Below, piece by piece: positions 62,401 through 64,000 of a stretch of DNA of 64,000 nucleotides (positions are counted from its first letter, which is position 1; each line of letters begins with the position of its first letter). Below the pieces are notes generated by a model. It saw only the letters and a list, made by a program, of their open reading frames with translations, made no database searches and was not told where the DNA came from. The DNA lies in contig NMRA01000318.1 of assembly GCA_002633005.1 (NCBI GenBank), positions 137,452-201,451 on the forward strand. Direction: 5' to 3'. This DNA comes from Phoronis australis. Its lineage: Eukaryota > Animalia > Phoronida. A program made the position numbers and the translations under genes.

Positions 62401-64000
62401 TGGACATTTTATTGGTACCATTGGCTACGAATCGACTGTACTGGCTTCTATACAGTAACGCATGTATATCATTGTATACGCTGTCAAAGTCTGTCTGGAA
62501 AGAGAAATGTATGTACGCATACGCCCACATGTTGCTCGGCTTTGACTGGATTGGGCTGTAGGCCTATGTGATCTAGAAGATTTGAGTTGACAGGAAGCAT
62601 AGTGCGCATGCTTGCTATCATTAAACTGAAGGATGTGGGATATTTTTTCTTCGTCTTTACATAAATGTTTGTGTAGAATCTTAGGGGAGCTAGTGGTCGT
62701 CGATTGGTTTCTCATTCGTTTTTTATGATCTATAAAAATATCCTGTTTAGAAGAAGCGCCAGGGGATATTGAAAACGCGAATGTGCATGCTGTCGCAATG
62801 GAAACACAGGTGTTTGAATATAATCGTTGGTGTGATCATTTTGTGCATGAGATGTTTCAACAAATAGACATTTTAGATGTAAATCGATTTTTTAAGATCA
62901 AAAGCTTTCACGAATTTATTGGATGAGTGACTTTAAATGACTGCCTTATTTAATTTCTCTTTTGGATAGCCGTCAAAGACGTTCCTCGTTGTCATCTCTC
63001 AGCTTAACTATTTCTTCAATTAGTCTACCTTTTGTTCCCTGTAGAGCAAGTCAAATAGAAGGTAATGTGTAGTTCCTCTAATGTGAGACTTGGATGCAAG
63101 CATGTTTTATGTAAGCCTGGCGTTGGCTTATTACTGGCGTTAACTACAAGCTAGTGGACATCAAAGTATCGACTATCAATCAGAAAAATTGGTATTGAGT
63201 GTGTGAAACATTTCTTTGGTTGCTAGAGTTGCTCTGTAGATTTGCCTCCACGATCGAGATCGAAATCACTTACAGCACGTTGAAATTTTGTAAGACGGGA
63301 CTGCGCGTGCACATCCCGGGCTCACAACTACAATGCATTTTGTAGTGACACGTATTTATTTGCTGGTGTATGGAAAGGGGCTAGACACTTGCAACCAGAA
63401 ATTTGGCTTACGCAACTGAACTTGAACGTCAAATAGTAGTTTTAGTACTACAATTCAGCATGTCAGCTTCGTCGTCTGATCACTTCAGCGGAATTAGCCA
63501 ACGCTAGCAAGGTATCGAGTTTACTCGCGAAGCACTCGCTTTTTACTCGTGTGATTGTCCGTGGTCTTGAAAGATCTCGCTCCACGAACGCACCCTTGTT
63601 TTGTCTAATTGATTTTCCGTTTTTCTGAAGAAACAAAATCTGAAATAAGGCGATTTATCACTTTCCGCATTTGTACTATGTTTGGGATGGAGGTCCTTAG
63701 GCGATGTTTTGGTCTGTGGAATCGTCTCAAACTTGCTTGATGGTAGTTGAGCCCACGGGAGTGCGTGTATTCTCCCTTTAAAGGCTGTTGTATGTATATA
63801 GGCCTGTGTAATGTGATAATGTCGAGTTGTTGTGCATTATTTCACGTTCGACGCCTTTTCTTTATAGAACACACATGTATAGCCAGCATTTCGCTTTTGC
63901 GTTGTGATTTTTGTGAAGTACTATTTAAGTAAAGAATCAATTTAAATTATCGTTATTTAAAAAATTCCTGTCTGTCGCGGTAACCTTCTTGGTATTGTTG

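Noticed and set aside
279-63932. Most ORFs of 60-125 aa in the supplied track
   Set aside because: They are random ORFs in introns or repeats, antisense shadows of real exons, or exon fragments extended into introns (e.g. 27174-27659, 19739-20047).

Overview
AT-rich, intron-rich eukaryotic (metazoan) genomic DNA, not prokaryotic. The gene models and repeat types suggest an invertebrate deuterostome, which is inference only. Three complete spliced genes were reconstructed by hand with phase-consistent junctions: TSR3 (minus, 7 coding exons, 2183-10202), an ADAP1/2 centaurin-alpha ArfGAP with two PH domains (plus, 9 exons, 14384-28244) and NAT9 (minus, 6 exons, 31644-36041). TSR3 and ADAP are divergent; ADAP and NAT9 are convergent. 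The right half holds a CpG-rich promoter-like region (~45-46 kb), a TATA-type first exon (47.1 kb) and an unrecognised single-exon 146-aa ORF (59058-59498) preceded by a dense uORF cluster. The rest is a mosaic of non-autonomous elements: Helentron/DINE-1-like, hAT-like, Kolobok-like, MULE/foldback-like MITEs and tRNA-derived SINEs. Most notable are two independent minisatellites built from an exon end plus its 5' splice site (in ADAP and NAT9), a GC-AG intron, a possible splice-tuned zinc-finger spacing, a palindromic two-strand poly(A) signal, and the orphan ORF. Most entries in the supplied ORF track are spurious or are exon fragments.
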